Positions 10,658 through 20,487 of a stretch of DNA of 64,000 bases are shown here, one piece after another. How positions within the stretch are numbered: position 1 is the stretch's first letter; each line of letters begins with the position of its first letter. Source of the DNA: a virus (lineage: Duplodnaviria > Caudoviricetes); the IMG/VR virus record IMGVR_UViG_3300029914_000023, positions 908 to 64,907 of that record; one strand, 5' to 3'. Both the position numbers and the translations under genes were made by a program. The notes under the pieces are model-generated. The model was not told the origin of the DNA. It saw nothing but the letters and a program-made list of their open reading frames with translations, and did not search any database.

Positions 10658-11271
10658 TGGGTACTAAGACAAATACGCAATCGACGAACCAGTACAATAC
10701 TGCGGGGCTCAATGCGTATAACGCATTTCAACCGCAGATTATGTCGCAGTTAATGCAGATGGCGCAAAATCCGCTGGGCAATAGTTATTTCCAACACCAG
10801 CTTGCGCAGCAGCAATCGGCTGCCCAGCAGATCAGTCAGCGAAGTCAGTCTAATTCTTTACAGAATCTACGGACTGGAGGCGGCGTCCTGAGCAACTCGG
10901 GGGGCGTCGCCGCATCGCTTATCAATCGGAATCAGATGCAAGGTTCCGCTCTGCAATCCAACGCATTCAATTCGGCCATGAACTCGGCCCTGCAAAATCG
11001 TAACATGGCTCTGATGTCAATGGAGTCTTACCAGCCGCTACAGACTGGCTCGACATCAACTCAATCGACTAGTGGTCTAGGTACATGGCTACCGCAGGTT
11101 GCGGGTATGGCCATGAACATGGCCGCTCCCGGTCTCGGCTCTATGATGGGCGGAGGCAGTTTCAGTGGCGGGTATCAAAGTCAAGGCGGCGGTGGAGGCT
11201 ATTCGGCTCCACGTCCAGCGGCACAATCGAACCCGTGGTATAACAACAACCCCGGTGGGTTCCCATACTAA
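10657..11271 (+). CDS. Putative DNA ejection / internal virion protein
   Basis: Q/N/S/G-rich; podovirus gene order. Confidence 0.55.
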   Translation: MGTKTNTQSTNQYNTAGLNAYNAFQPQIMSQLMQMAQNPLGNSYFQHQLAQQQSAAQQISQRSQSNSLQNLRTGGGVLSNSGGVAASLINRNQMQGSALQSNAFNSAMNSALQNRNMALMSMESYQPLQTGSTSTQSTSGLGTWLPQVAGMAMNMAAPGLGSMMGGGSFSGGYQSQGGGGGYSAPRPAAQSNPWYNNNPGGFPY

Positions 11272-11280
11272 GGAGTGTCA

Positions 11281-12618
11281 ATGGCAGGCGAATTCGTAAG
11301 TAATCCATTGGTGGCTTCCATCGGCGCTCATCTAGGACTCGGTGGACTGCTGGGCAGCGGCACAGAAGCGGCTACCCAGACAGCCGTCCCTACTCAGATT
11401 ACTCCGCCCAAGAGCGGCGCAACGATGGCCACTATGCGGGATGAGCGGCTGCAAGAGAACCTGTCACGTCCCAAGACCGTTGCACGAGCGGCGAGTACGA
11501 GGGGTTCTCAGCCTGGTGCTGTACCCAATATGCCAGGGATGATGGACTCCTCCACTCTGATGAATCCGGCGGTTCAAGCTATTCTCAGCCAGTATGGCCA
11601 GTCTCCGGAAAGTATTCAGCATACTGTGCAGAACGCAAGCCCCGATCTATTCATTACGAACCCGGCTGCTCACGCTAATCACCCAGTTCTATCTGGTATG
11701 GTGGAGCGAGCACTCGAAGGTCTGGCGTTTACCCACGGTGGCAACACGGTCGGCGAGAGCCTGAGCAACATCGCTCAAGGTATGCTGACAGCCCAGCAAG
11801 CTCGGGCAGAGAAGTACAACAACCAGTTGATGATGCCGTTCGCGCAAGCGCAGCAAGTGGCTAACCTGCAAGGGACCAGCCTGCATCAACAGTATGAGGA
11901 CGCTGAAGCAAAGCGGGCGAACGCCCAGGCTGAGATGTACAATCAAATGCCTGCCTATCGCCAAGGTCTGCTGGACTTGAGGACTCAACAGGAGTCAGAC
12001 AAGTCGTCTTATCAGGCTGGGATGAACCACCTGAAGTTGCAGCTTGACCCTCGGTTCAGCGCGATGAGTCCTGAGCACAGCACGGCTTTCCAATCGGCTA
12101 TCCAAGAGGCTGGCGGGTTGGGTAAGCTGTCAGACGAGGACATCGAGAAGTGGGCACAGATCGGAGTAGCCGATAAGCAGGCTGCTGAGACTGCCGCCAA
12201 GCTCAAGGTCAAGGGTGCGCCGAGTGGTGCAACCGGTGGCCGTGGACGCGGTGGAGTGGCTTCTGGGAAGACCCCCGAAGCGGCTGAGTATTCGGCGGCT
12301 GGGAAAGACCTTGGTGCCTTTGATAAACGGTACCCGTTCCTGTTTGACTCCCAAGCAACTACAGTGCCGGACCCCGATGCAAAGGGTAGCGTTATTATGC
12401 GCGGTGGAACTCGATGGAAAGAGCTTTTGGCGAAACGAACAGAGAAAGATGCTCGTGGGCAGAAAGCAAAAGCCGCTTATGAAGCGCAGCAACAAGGAAT
12501 GGCTATCCCCGGTAGTGGGATGACCAACCAAGATGGGGGTGGTGCTCGTCCAGCGCCAGTCGGCTACCGTGATCCAGCCTCCGGCCTAACCAAACAAGCA
12601 GATGGGACTTGGAAGTAA
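11281..12618 (+). CDS. Putative DNA ejection / internal virion protein
   Basis: A/Q-rich helical protein; position. Confidence 0.55.
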   Translation: MAGEFVSNPLVASIGAHLGLGGLLGSGTEAATQTAVPTQITPPKSGATMATMRDERLQENLSRPKTVARAASTRGSQPGAVPNMPGMMDSSTLMNPAVQAILSQYGQSPESIQHTVQNASPDLFITNPAAHANHPVLSGMVERALEGLAFTHGGNTVGESLSNIAQGMLTAQQARAEKYNNQLMMPFAQAQQVANLQGTSLHQQYEDAEAKRANAQAEMYNQMPAYRQGLLDLRTQQESDKSSYQAGMNHLKLQLDPRFSAMSPEHSTAFQSAIQEAGGLGKLSDEDIEKWAQIGVADKQAAETAAKLKVKGAPSGATGGRGRGGVASGKTPEAAEYSAAGKDLGAFDKRYPFLFDSQATTVPDPDAKGSVIMRGGTRWKELLAKRTEKDARGQKAKAAYEAQQQGMAIPGSGMTNQDGGGARPAPVGYRDPASGLTKQADGTWK

Positions 12619-15600
12619 TGCCTAAATATACTGATCTACCCTCCACTAACGGACCGCAGTACACGGACCTTCCGTCCTCTGGAGGGCCTCAGTACACTGA
12701 TCTACCGCAGGCCGCACCCCAAAAACCCGCTGCCACGGGCGCTGGTCCCCACAATGCCACAGTCAGCGCCTACACTCCCGGCTTCTGGGAGTCGGCACGC
12801 AACATGATTTTCAATACGTCGGTTGGCGATGCCATCCGTCGGAACGTGCCTATTGCACCCGACTGGATGAAGTCGCACCTGAATCCCCAGACCGAAGACG
12901 CCGAGCGTCAGCACGGTCAGACTCTCTCCTTCGAGGAGATGGGTCGCTGGGGTCAGAGCGGTGCTGAACGTCCTTCTGGTCCACGTCAAGCTACAACTCG
13001 TGTTCTTCAGGCAGCTAGTGGTTTCACTACTCCCGGTATGATGCTCGGAGCAGCTATGCTCGGGCCTGCCGCAGAAGTTGTTGCTGGCGCGACTCCCGTT
13101 ATTGCTCCAGTTGCTGAGCACGCCATACCTCTTGCATTTACTGGAATGGCTGCTTATGGAGCAGGAAAGGGGGTTGTCAATGAAGCTCAGTACGGAGAGG
13201 CCTATCTAAAGGCAAAAGGTCTTCTCGAAGAAGCTCAGCAAAAGGGTGATACTGATCGAGCCGATGAGATTCAGAAATACCTTACCCACCTTCACGACGC
13301 AATGTGGCAGACGGGCGGAGATGTTGCGGCGAACGCGGCGATGGCCTATCTGGGCCGTCGGGGTCTGCCGGAAATGATTAAGGGATTTAAGGGCGAGGGG
13401 AAGTTTATTGGCCCGCGCGTAGACCCCGCAGATCACGCTTACTGGGAGGGAATGATTCCGGGAAGCTTGCGTAGTCAGTGGGCAGCGGGAAATACAGAGG
13501 CTACCCCGCAAACCGCAAGGAATCCTTGGGGTAATCTCACCAAAGGGTCCGGTCCAGGAATGCCGCCACCCCCAAACGTCCCACCGATTATAAATCCTCA
13601 GCAGTTGAATCTGCCGCTTGTAAGGAACTTAATCCCCGATCCACCGGCCCAGGGATCGTTCGACTTCTCGCAGCTACCCGAACAACGGCTCGCAGCGCGT
13701 GGTCCCGAAGTAGAAGCCAACGGGCAGCTAAGGCTGTTCCCGAACGAGCCTCGCCAGATGGAGCTACGCCCAGAAGAGCGGCCAGCGGGTGTACCGGAAG
13801 GTCCCTCGGCGCAGACCGCATTCCAGTTCCCCGAGAATCCGTGGCAGATGCCACTAGACTTCAACCAGCCCGCACCGAAGGCACGTCCGGCAGAACCGGT
13901 TGCGCCCAAGGTCGAGCCACAGGCGGAGACTGCCCAGACTAACCCCGCTGAGGCAGCACCCCACCAGGCTACAAACCCCTCCCCCGAAACGGAGCCGACT
14001 GCCAAGCCGACCCTGAAGAAGAGAGGGAATGTCGCACAAGCGAAGTTGCTAGAAAATAGTGTTCTTCGGCCTATTATTCAGACTGTACAGAAGTTGGTTG
14101 CGCTGCATCAGGCTGGAGAGGATCGGATGCACGTTGATCGTGCAGTCCGAGCATCTACGCAAAGTCTGTTTACGCAGGCGGACCTCGACGAGTTTCGTAA
14201 AGTCGATCCTAACTTTACAATTCCCCGCACTGCGGACAGGCCCTTTCTTGATACGACGACTTCTTTTGATAACTTAGATGCTTCTGAACAGCAGACTGTA
14301 CGAACTGTTGCGAAGCATCTTGGTATCGAACCGGAAGACCTTCAGCAGGAAAATGGCGAATGGCGCATCTCTGACGATCAGCTTCACAAACTGGACGCGA
14401 TGCTGGAGGACGGAAAGAAGCCAACTTCCAGCGGAGAAATTGCCCCTCTTGCCCGAATTGATGCGGGGAATGCTGCTGTTGCTGGTCTGAAGAACAGTCG
14501 GAGTTTGCGGGAGCTAATGACTCCCGAAGCGAAGGCCGCGCTTGAAGCCGAAGAAGCAGCAACTCCTACTCGGGCTACTCCGGAAGATTCTATGGCTTCT
14601 GTGGTTGCGGGAGACCTTGATCCGCAAACTAGAGACGCCATAAAAGTTAGTCAGGCGCAAACTTATGGGCTGTCTGATGCGAACCTTTTGGGTCTCACGG
14701 AAGATAACCCGGCTCTTTACGAGGCGCGTCTACGCGGACTTCAGGGAGTCTTACAGGCTGCTATCGATCGTGGGGTGCAAGCACTACGTGAACGCATTCC
14801 TGAATGGGAACAAAAGCGCAGTGGAACATCTAAGCCCAGTTCTCTAGCTCAAGAAGTTGATGCACTGCCGGACGCCGTTAAAGCGCAGTTGCCGAAGGAA
14901 CTCTATGACCCGAAACATACTGGAGCCTCGCCCGGCGACACCGCCGAGACCGGCAACGTTCAAGAACCCGTTCAAGGAGCCACGGCAACCGAGACGGCAC
15001 CAGCCGCCCAAGCCGCCACTCAGCCTACGAACGCGAAAGGTACAGGCTCCAACCTTGTAGAGAAAGTACATTCTCTGGCGCAATCTCTCCGCGAACAGCA
15101 CGGAGATCAGGTAGCAGGAGCGCTGTCTAAGATATGGGGTGCGATTAAAGAGAAGTATTCCGACCCCGATTCGATTGCCAAAATCGTACATCGAGCACTA
15201 CTTCATTATCAGAAGAATCTTCAGAGCGGAATTGAGAATCCTCTCGATTCTACTTTAGCGGCTATCGAAAGGATGCCGGGAGAATCTGGTGCTCAAACTA
15301 CACTGCATTCCAATCCGTTGGGTGAAGTATGGGATCGGGCGATGAAACTTGAAGCTCCAATCGGAGCAGAAATGCCCCCTGGTTTGGAGCCGCATCCGCT
15401 AGAACATCCTATTGATTCTTTGATGGATGGCTTGGGTACTCCAAAGAGTCGCACAGTCTTTCAGCGAATTGGGAATTGGGTATCTTCGGAAGTTCTGAAA
15501 GCAACACGTATTGCTCGTGCTCTGACTCCTGACTTGGAAGGACAATGGGCGGCTGCTAAGATTGGCTTTGATAAAATACGAGATGCCCTAAAGAATCCCC

Positions 15601-18236
15601 TGGAAACGTGGCGCGAATTGCGCTATCGTCTGGCCCCCGGACCAAGTGCTTTTCAGGCTCTAAAGTTTCAACGGCAGGTTGACCTACTTGAAGCTTCGCA
15701 GCACTTGATGTCATTTGGTAAGAAGCTAGTAGAAGCGATTCCTGACAAGTTAGAACGTTCGGGGTTTGCTGTTTGGGCTGAAGCTCATAGAGGACCGGCA
15801 GGTCCACTTCAAGAAGGACAGGAATCCCTGCGACTTTCTGATCAGGAAGCGGAGCAGACTGTTCGGGAGCAACTTGCTCGACTCGAAGCTCGGCCTGGTG
15901 GAAAGAATTCTTACGAGGCTAAAGTATGGAGAGCAGCACTCAACCTCAGCAAAGAATCCAAGGACTTTCTTCAAAGCTATCAAAACTACGACAAGCTATT
16001 AGGACAGCAAGAAACAGACGCCGGGGTTCCCCACGAGATGCTAGAAGATTACTGGCAACACGTATGGAAACAACCCGGCTTAGTTAATTCAATTGTGGGA
16101 GCTTTCAAGTCCTCGGTTGGCTGGCAGACGAAGGCATCATTCCAAAAGATGAGGACTCACATGTCCTACTTCGATGGAATTATGGCAGGGCTAGAGCCGG
16201 TGGACCTTGATGCGAACTTCCTTATCCAGAACAGAGCTACTGCTTCGGCGAAGGTTGTTGCTAATAGGCACTTTATCGAGGGTCTTCGCACTGTGAAGTG
16301 GGAAGACGGCTTGCCCCTGGCGCAGCTAAAAGGCTCGGGAGTACCTGTTCCGAATAATGCTACTCCCGGAGCAGGCGTTCTTATTAAGCCAGACATCACG
16401 TCGGGTGCCAAAACAGCCGACGGAACTCCATATGTTACAAGTCCCCATCCATCACTTCGGGGATGGAAGTGGATGGCGAATGCTCCAGATGGAACTCCTG
16501 TATTTGGACAAGCCGATGTAGAGATTCATCCGGCGGCCTGGAAGCAGATGAAGGCGGACTTCGAGTCTAGCTGGTGGAAGTCAAATCCCATCGGACGCGC
16601 TTTGATGAAGTCCAACCTCGCGCTTAAAACCTCCAAGCTGGCTTACTCCGTTTTTCACCCGGTTGCTTTGGAACAACACGCTGCCGCAAGAACAGTTCTG
16701 GCTAAGCTGCGAGGTATTAATACCTCGATTGAACTCCCGGACGGAACTAAGATCGATCCCTCTATCCGAATGCTAATGCCGTGGGATAAAGAGTTTAAGA
16801 TCGATCCGAGCGACCCGCTACAGCGCATGGGATTACTCTCTGGCCTGAACATTAGTCCCGAGAATCTCCAGAGTATGTACGGTGGTGGTGGACCGGGTAT
16901 TTCTAAGGTCCCCTTCCTTGGGGCTATCAATTCGGTTATTCACGACTACACTACGCACTCAGTCATTCCGAAGTTCGCTATGGGATCGTATATTACGAAT
17001 TTCCATACAAACCTGGCCCGCTTCTACACAGACTTTCAAGGACGAGCGCTAAAAGAAATGGGGTATGATTCCATCTCTTCAGCACCCCAGGAAGCAGTGA
17101 AGAACGCTAACGATGCCGCGATGTGGCAGATCAGCCGCATGAGTGCCAAACAGGCGAACTACTCAAACGGCCTTACTCCGCTTACCGATATTCCCGGATT
17201 TCGGGGAGCAACCGCCGCAGATACCGCGAGGTTCTTCTTGCTGGCCCCGCAATTCCTGTTTAATCGTGGAATGCTGATGCTGGACGCTGCCAAACCAGGT
17301 GGCGCTCAGACTCTTCAGTCTATGGCGGTTCAGGGCCTAGCTACCTTCGCCTTCTGCTACGCTGTAAATAGGCAGACTCAGGGTGACGATTGGGAACCGG
17401 ACGTTCATACTTGGAACAAGATTGTGGTGGGTAAAGAGGGTGAAGCTCGTCATGAATTTACCATGCGTTCAGAGCTATCTGACGCGGTGGATATGTATGA
17501 CGATCCTCGCCGCTTTATGCAGTACCGTCTCGCACCTTCAGAGCGGCCTGTCGCAGATGCCTTAACGGGCAAAGATGTCTATGGGAATCAGATCACAAAG
17601 ACTCAAATGTCCTTGGACGCGATAACCGCAGGCTCTCCTATTCCAATTGAGGGCTTTGCTGATCTCCTGGCACCCCATTATGATGCCACGCTAAGAGCCA
17701 CAAAAGGCTCCGACGCTGTGTTTAATGGATTAGCTGCGGGTCTTGGTTTTCGTAGAGGGCAATACAGAACAGCGACGGAGCGCCTGATAAACCAGAACTT
17801 CAACGCTATCAAAGCTCCTCAGACCACCGACGAGCTTGCATTAGAGCAGAAGGCAACCTTTCGTCAGTTGCGAGACAAGTACCGGCAGGGGCAGTTACAG
17901 CCTGATGATATTGAAAAGGCTGTGAATGATCCTAACGGTAATTTGAAAGTATCAGAGATTCCCTACCTGTTCCGTACAGCAACCCAACCTAGATTCGTAA
18001 CCCAAGCAGAACATCTGGAGTATGGTCAGGTCCTTGCTGCTTGGCAAAAAGGCACTACCCTAGAGAAGTACGCTCTTCTTCCTGTTCTGGAAAAGAAAGT
18101 CGCAACCCTCGCACCTTCTGTACAAGCAGAAGCGCTAGACCGGCTGGAGAATTTCCAAAACTCACTGTCTGAAGAGAAACAAGCAGAACTTCAGACGCTG
18201 CTTCAAAAGAAACTAGAAGTGGAGAATCCTAAGTGA
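12618..18236 (+). CDS. Large internal virion / ejection protein
   Basis: ~1870 aa, helical; TAATG-coupled start; last large gene of the virion operon. Confidence 0.6.
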   Translation: MPKYTDLPSTNGPQYTDLPSSGGPQYTDLPQAAPQKPAATGAGPHNATVSAYTPGFWESARNMIFNTSVGDAIRRNVPIAPDWMKSHLNPQTEDAERQHGQTLSFEEMGRWGQSGAERPSGPRQATTRVLQAASGFTTPGMMLGAAMLGPAAEVVAGATPVIAPVAEHAIPLAFTGMAAYGAGKGVVNEAQYGEAYLKAKGLLEEAQQKGDTDRADEIQKYLTHLHDAMWQTGGDVAANAAMAYLGRRGLPEMIKGFKGEGKFIGPRVDPADHAYWEGMIPGSLRSQWAAGNTEATPQTARNPWGNLTKGSGPGMPPPPNVPPIINPQQLNLPLVRNLIPDPPAQGSFDFSQLPEQRLAARGPEVEANGQLRLFPNEPRQMELRPEERPAGVPEGPSAQTAFQFPENPWQMPLDFNQPAPKARPAEPVAPKVEPQAETAQTNPAEAAPHQATNPSPETEPTAKPTLKKRGNVAQAKLLENSVLRPIIQTVQKLVALHQAGEDRMHVDRAVRASTQSLFTQADLDEFRKVDPNFTIPRTADRPFLDTTTSFDNLDASEQQTVRTVAKHLGIEPEDLQQENGEWRISDDQLHKLDAMLEDGKKPTSSGEIAPLARIDAGNAAVAGLKNSRSLRELMTPEAKAALEAEEAATPTRATPEDSMASVVAGDLDPQTRDAIKVSQAQTYGLSDANLLGLTEDNPALYEARLRGLQGVLQAAIDRGVQALRERIPEWEQKRSGTSKPSSLAQEVDALPDAVKAQLPKELYDPKHTGASPGDTAETGNVQEPVQGATATETAPAAQAATQPTNAKGTGSNLVEKVHSLAQSLREQHGDQVAGALSKIWGAIKEKYSDPDSIAKIVHRALLHYQKNLQSGIENPLDSTLAAIERMPGESGAQTTLHSNPLGEVWDRAMKLEAPIGAEMPPGLEPHPLEHPIDSLMDGLGTPKSRTVFQRIGNWVSSEVLKATRIARALTPDLEGQWAAAKIGFDKIRDALKNPLETWRELRYRLAPGPSAFQALKFQRQVDLLEASQHLMSFGKKLVEAIPDKLERSGFAVWAEAHRGPAGPLQEGQESLRLSDQEAEQTVREQLARLEARPGGKNSYEAKVWRAALNLSKESKDFLQSYQNYDKLLGQQETDAGVPHEMLEDYWQHVWKQPGLVNSIVGAFKSSVGWQTKASFQKMRTHMSYFDGIMAGLEPVDLDANFLIQNRATASAKVVANRHFIEGLRTVKWEDGLPLAQLKGSGVPVPNNATPGAGVLIKPDITSGAKTADGTPYVTSPHPSLRGWKWMANAPDGTPVFGQADVEIHPAAWKQMKADFESSWWKSNPIGRALMKSNLALKTSKLAYSVFHPVALEQHAAARTVLAKLRGINTSIELPDGTKIDPSIRMLMPWDKEFKIDPSDPLQRMGLLSGLNISPENLQSMYGGGGPGISKVPFLGAINSVIHDYTTHSVIPKFAMGSYITNFHTNLARFYTDFQGRALKEMGYDSISSAPQEAVKNANDAAMWQISRMSAKQANYSNGLTPLTDIPGFRGATAADTARFFLLAPQFLFNRGMLMLDAAKPGGAQTLQSMAVQGLATFAFCYAVNRQTQGDDWEPDVHTWNKIVVGKEGEARHEFTMRSELSDAVDMYDDPRRFMQYRLAPSERPVADALTGKDVYGNQITKTQMSLDAITAGSPIPIEGFADLLAPHYDATLRATKGSDAVFNGLAAGLGFRRGQYRTATERLINQNFNAIKAPQTTDELALEQKATFRQLRDKYRQGQLQPDDIEKAVNDPNGNLKVSEIPYLFRTATQPRFVTQAEHLEYGQVLAAWQKGTTLEKYALLPVLEKKVATLAPSVQAEALDRLENFQNSLSEEKQAELQTLLQKKLEVENPK

Positions 18237-18616
18237 AATACGAACAAGCGACTGGTCGTCTACTTGAAGACGATGGAAAAGTAATTGGCTACGGGTGGGC
18301 GGGTCACTTGCAAGGCCGTAACAATCCTGCGATGCAAGATGTCAAAGGTGTTGGGCCTCTTCCGAAGGGAAAGTACATGGTGGGGGACCCCGAAGATGGA
18401 ACACATCTGGGGCCTCTAGCCTTCCCTCTAACCCCTGATCCCGCGAACGAGATGTTCGGTCGTAACGCATTCTTCATTCACGGAGCGAGTGCAGAACACC
18501 CGGCGCTATCCAGCGACGGCTGCATCATCCAAGGTCGAATCGCCCGCGAATATGTGAAGATAAAAACAGGGCAGGCCCCGAAGGACTCTACCCTAAGACA
18601 ACTCGAAGTTGTATAA
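18233..18616 (+). CDS. DUF2778/Tlde1-like L,D-transpeptidase-fold peptidoglycan enzyme
   Basis: GPLPKGKY...GRNAFFIHG...SDGCI motifs. Confidence 0.75.
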   Translation: MKYEQATGRLLEDDGKVIGYGWAGHLQGRNNPAMQDVKGVGPLPKGKYMVGDPEDGTHLGPLAFPLTPDPANEMFGRNAFFIHGASAEHPALSSDGCIIQGRIAREYVKIKTGQAPKDSTLRQLEVV

Positions 18617-18617
18617 A

Positions 18618-18653
18618 CAAGAATGCCCCGGCTAATCACCGGGGCTTTTCTTT
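18618..18653. terminator. Probable bidirectional intrinsic terminator
   Basis: GCCCCGG-ctaatca-CCGGGGC hairpin followed by TTTTCTTT, between convergent operons. Confidence 0.75.
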
Positions 18654-18686
18654 GTCTAAAATATGGGAGGGGTTTTAAGCCTGGTG

Positions 18687-18950
18687 TTATGCACCTGGTC
18701 CGTATGGCCCCTTCTTCGCTTCCTTCTCTAGGAGAGTTCGTCTGAGCTTCTCCAGAGCTTTGGCGTTCTTACCCTTGATTAGTTTGTAAGCATTCTTCCA
18801 AGCCTTCTTGGGATGCTGCCCGGTCGCAATGACCGGACTCATCTCAGTGGGCCAGAAGATGCAGAACCCTTGTAGCGCATTGTAGCCTGTACAACCAGCT
18901 TCCGGAAATGCGTCCCGGACCTCCTGCATCATTTCACGTAGGTCTGGCAT
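18687..18950 (-). CDS. Hypothetical protein downstream of recombinase
   Basis: GAGG SD; overlaps recombinase stop. Confidence 0.55.
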   Translation of the reverse strand: MPDLREMMQEVRDAFPEAGCTGYNALQGFCIFWPTEMSPVIATGQHPKKAWKNAYKLIKGKNAKALEKLRRTLLEKEAKKGPYGPGA

Positions 18951-19800
18951 CGCGGTATTCCTCGGGGACCGGAAGCCGATTCACGGCGTCTCGGGTTGTT
19001 TGACTGTCGGCGGGTGTGAGGTACTTGCTCGTCGTAGATATGTTTTTATGTCCAAGCAAATCCTGCACGAGTTTGAGATCGGCTCCTGATCTAAGCAGGG
19101 TAGTAGCGAATGATCTTCGTGCCGTTCTAATTCCTCGCGGCTGTATGCCCGCCCTGCGGCAAATGGCATTCCAGTGGTAACGGATGCTGGCCGCGTCTTT
19201 CGCGTACCCTTCAAAGATTCGACCATCCGGAATATTCTCCACTGTCTTTATAACCCAAGCCGGAAGCGGAATCTCATGGTTCCGTCCAGTCTTCATTTTA
19301 GTCGCTGGTATCGATAAGCAAAGGCGTTCGTAATCTATATCGGATTTTTCCAGAGCCGCCAATGTCTCTCCCCTCAAGCCAGTATTCAGAGACAAAGCAA
19401 CCAAAATGTGATCCTGCGAAGAGAAGCAACCTTTTTGAAGGTCCATCTGTTCGGAAACACTTAAGGAGGTCTTCGGAGGTTCCTTCTCGCGCAGACGCTT
19501 GACTTGGGAGACCGGATTCCAGCATACCCTCTCCATTTGGAGGAGCCAGTTCCAGAATGCCCGGATGACTCCTAGTTCATAGTTTATGGTGCGAGGACTC
19601 ACTCCATCCCGAAGCCGCCAGATGCGGAAGTCTTCGACATCACGTCGAGTGAAGTCCTCTGGTTTAGTTCGGTCGGGGAAGCGAGAGAAGAAAGATGTAA
19701 GAGACTTGCAGTACCGCTCGGCAGTCCGCTGAGTTGTTGTCAGCGTGACGTAACGCTCGAACGATGCTTGCAGGTCGTGAAGTTCTGATCGCTTAACCAC
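18934..19800 (-). CDS. Tyrosine recombinase (XerC/D-like, with SAM-like N-terminal domain)
   Basis: TGLR (box I), KTG, RTARRSFAT (HxxR His replaced by Arg), LLGH...TSKY. Confidence 0.9.
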   Translation of the reverse strand: MVKRSELHDLQASFERYVTLTTTQRTAERYCKSLTSFFSRFPDRTKPEDFTRRDVEDFRIWRLRDGVSPRTINYELGVIRAFWNWLLQMERVCWNPVSQVKRLREKEPPKTSLSVSEQMDLQKGCFSSQDHILVALSLNTGLRGETLAALEKSDIDYERLCLSIPATKMKTGRNHEIPLPAWVIKTVENIPDGRIFEGYAKDAASIRYHWNAICRRAGIQPRGIRTARRSFATTLLRSGADLKLVQDLLGHKNISTTSKYLTPADSQTTRDAVNRLPVPEEYRDARPT

Positions 19801-19907
19801 CAGGCTGTAAACCCCTCCCTAGAAACGGCTTGCGCGTCCGCGAAGCCATCCGATGTTGTAGATGCCCCATGCAATGAGGATGAGTCCGGGTGTGATTAGA
19901 ATTTCCA

Positions 19908-20186
19908 TTAGTGTAATACCTCGACTAAGACTTGGGCGACTCCGGCCTTCTTCATTCCAAGACAAGTCGCCGCCGCCTCAGAGATGTCAAGGTCTCGGTT
20001 CTTACACCACGGACCTCGGTCGTTAATTCTTACTACCACCGACTTCCCCGTCTGGAAAAAGGTTAGCTTGATACGGGTTCCAAACGGGAGTGTCTTGTGG
20101 GCTGCTGTCAACAAGGACGGGTCGTAACGCTCCCCCGATGCTGTCCGCTTCCCATTGAACTTCTTGCCGTACCAACTCGCTGTCAT
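19908..20186 (-). CDS. RlpA-like double-psi beta-barrel lytic transglycosylase
   Basis: ASWYG...TASGE...TAAHKTLPFGT...VRINDRGP...DLDIS. Confidence 0.85.
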   Translation of the reverse strand: MTASWYGKKFNGKRTASGERYDPSLLTAAHKTLPFGTRIKLTFFQTGKSVVVRINDRGPWCKNRDLDISEAAATCLGMKKAGVAQVLVEVLH

Positions 20187-20487
20187 CAGCAACGGCTGCT
20201 TCGAGTTCGAGTTGTAGCTTTGCAAGTGCTCGCCATGCGACCTTCGTACTGTGCCGAACCCCGTCGGTGTCCACAGTACCGCTATCAAGAAGATGGCGGA
20301 GAATAGTATCCTCTTGATCGGTAGACTTCTCCCTCGCCCAGTGGAGGGGTTGTCCTGGATTGTGCTGTAAATTGCCAATGTAGGATAACCTCGCAACTTC
20401 CACCAAAGCATCCGGGAAGTATTCGAATAACCCAGACCAGAGAGGAATAGTCTTCCGCTCTTTGGCCTCGGTCGGTAGATGTGCCAT
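20023..20487 (-). CDS. DUF5664 dATP/dGTP diphosphohydrolase-like protein
   Basis: FPDALVEVARLS..G..HNPGQPLHW...RHL...H...AWRALA. Confidence 0.75.
   Translation of the reverse strand: MAHLPTEAKERKTIPLWSGLFEYFPDALVEVARLSYIGNLQHNPGQPLHWAREKSTDQEDTILRHLLDSGTVDTDGVRHSTKVAWRALAKLQLELEAAVADDSELVRQEVQWEADSIGGALRPVLVDSSPQDTPVWNPYQANLFPDGEVGGSKN

Noticed and set aside
20343-20358. Extra copy of the 20-bp motif (GGAGGGGTTGTCCTGG)
   Set aside because: Wrong spacing and inside DUF5664 coding sequence; partial matches near 25181 and 28292 also excluded
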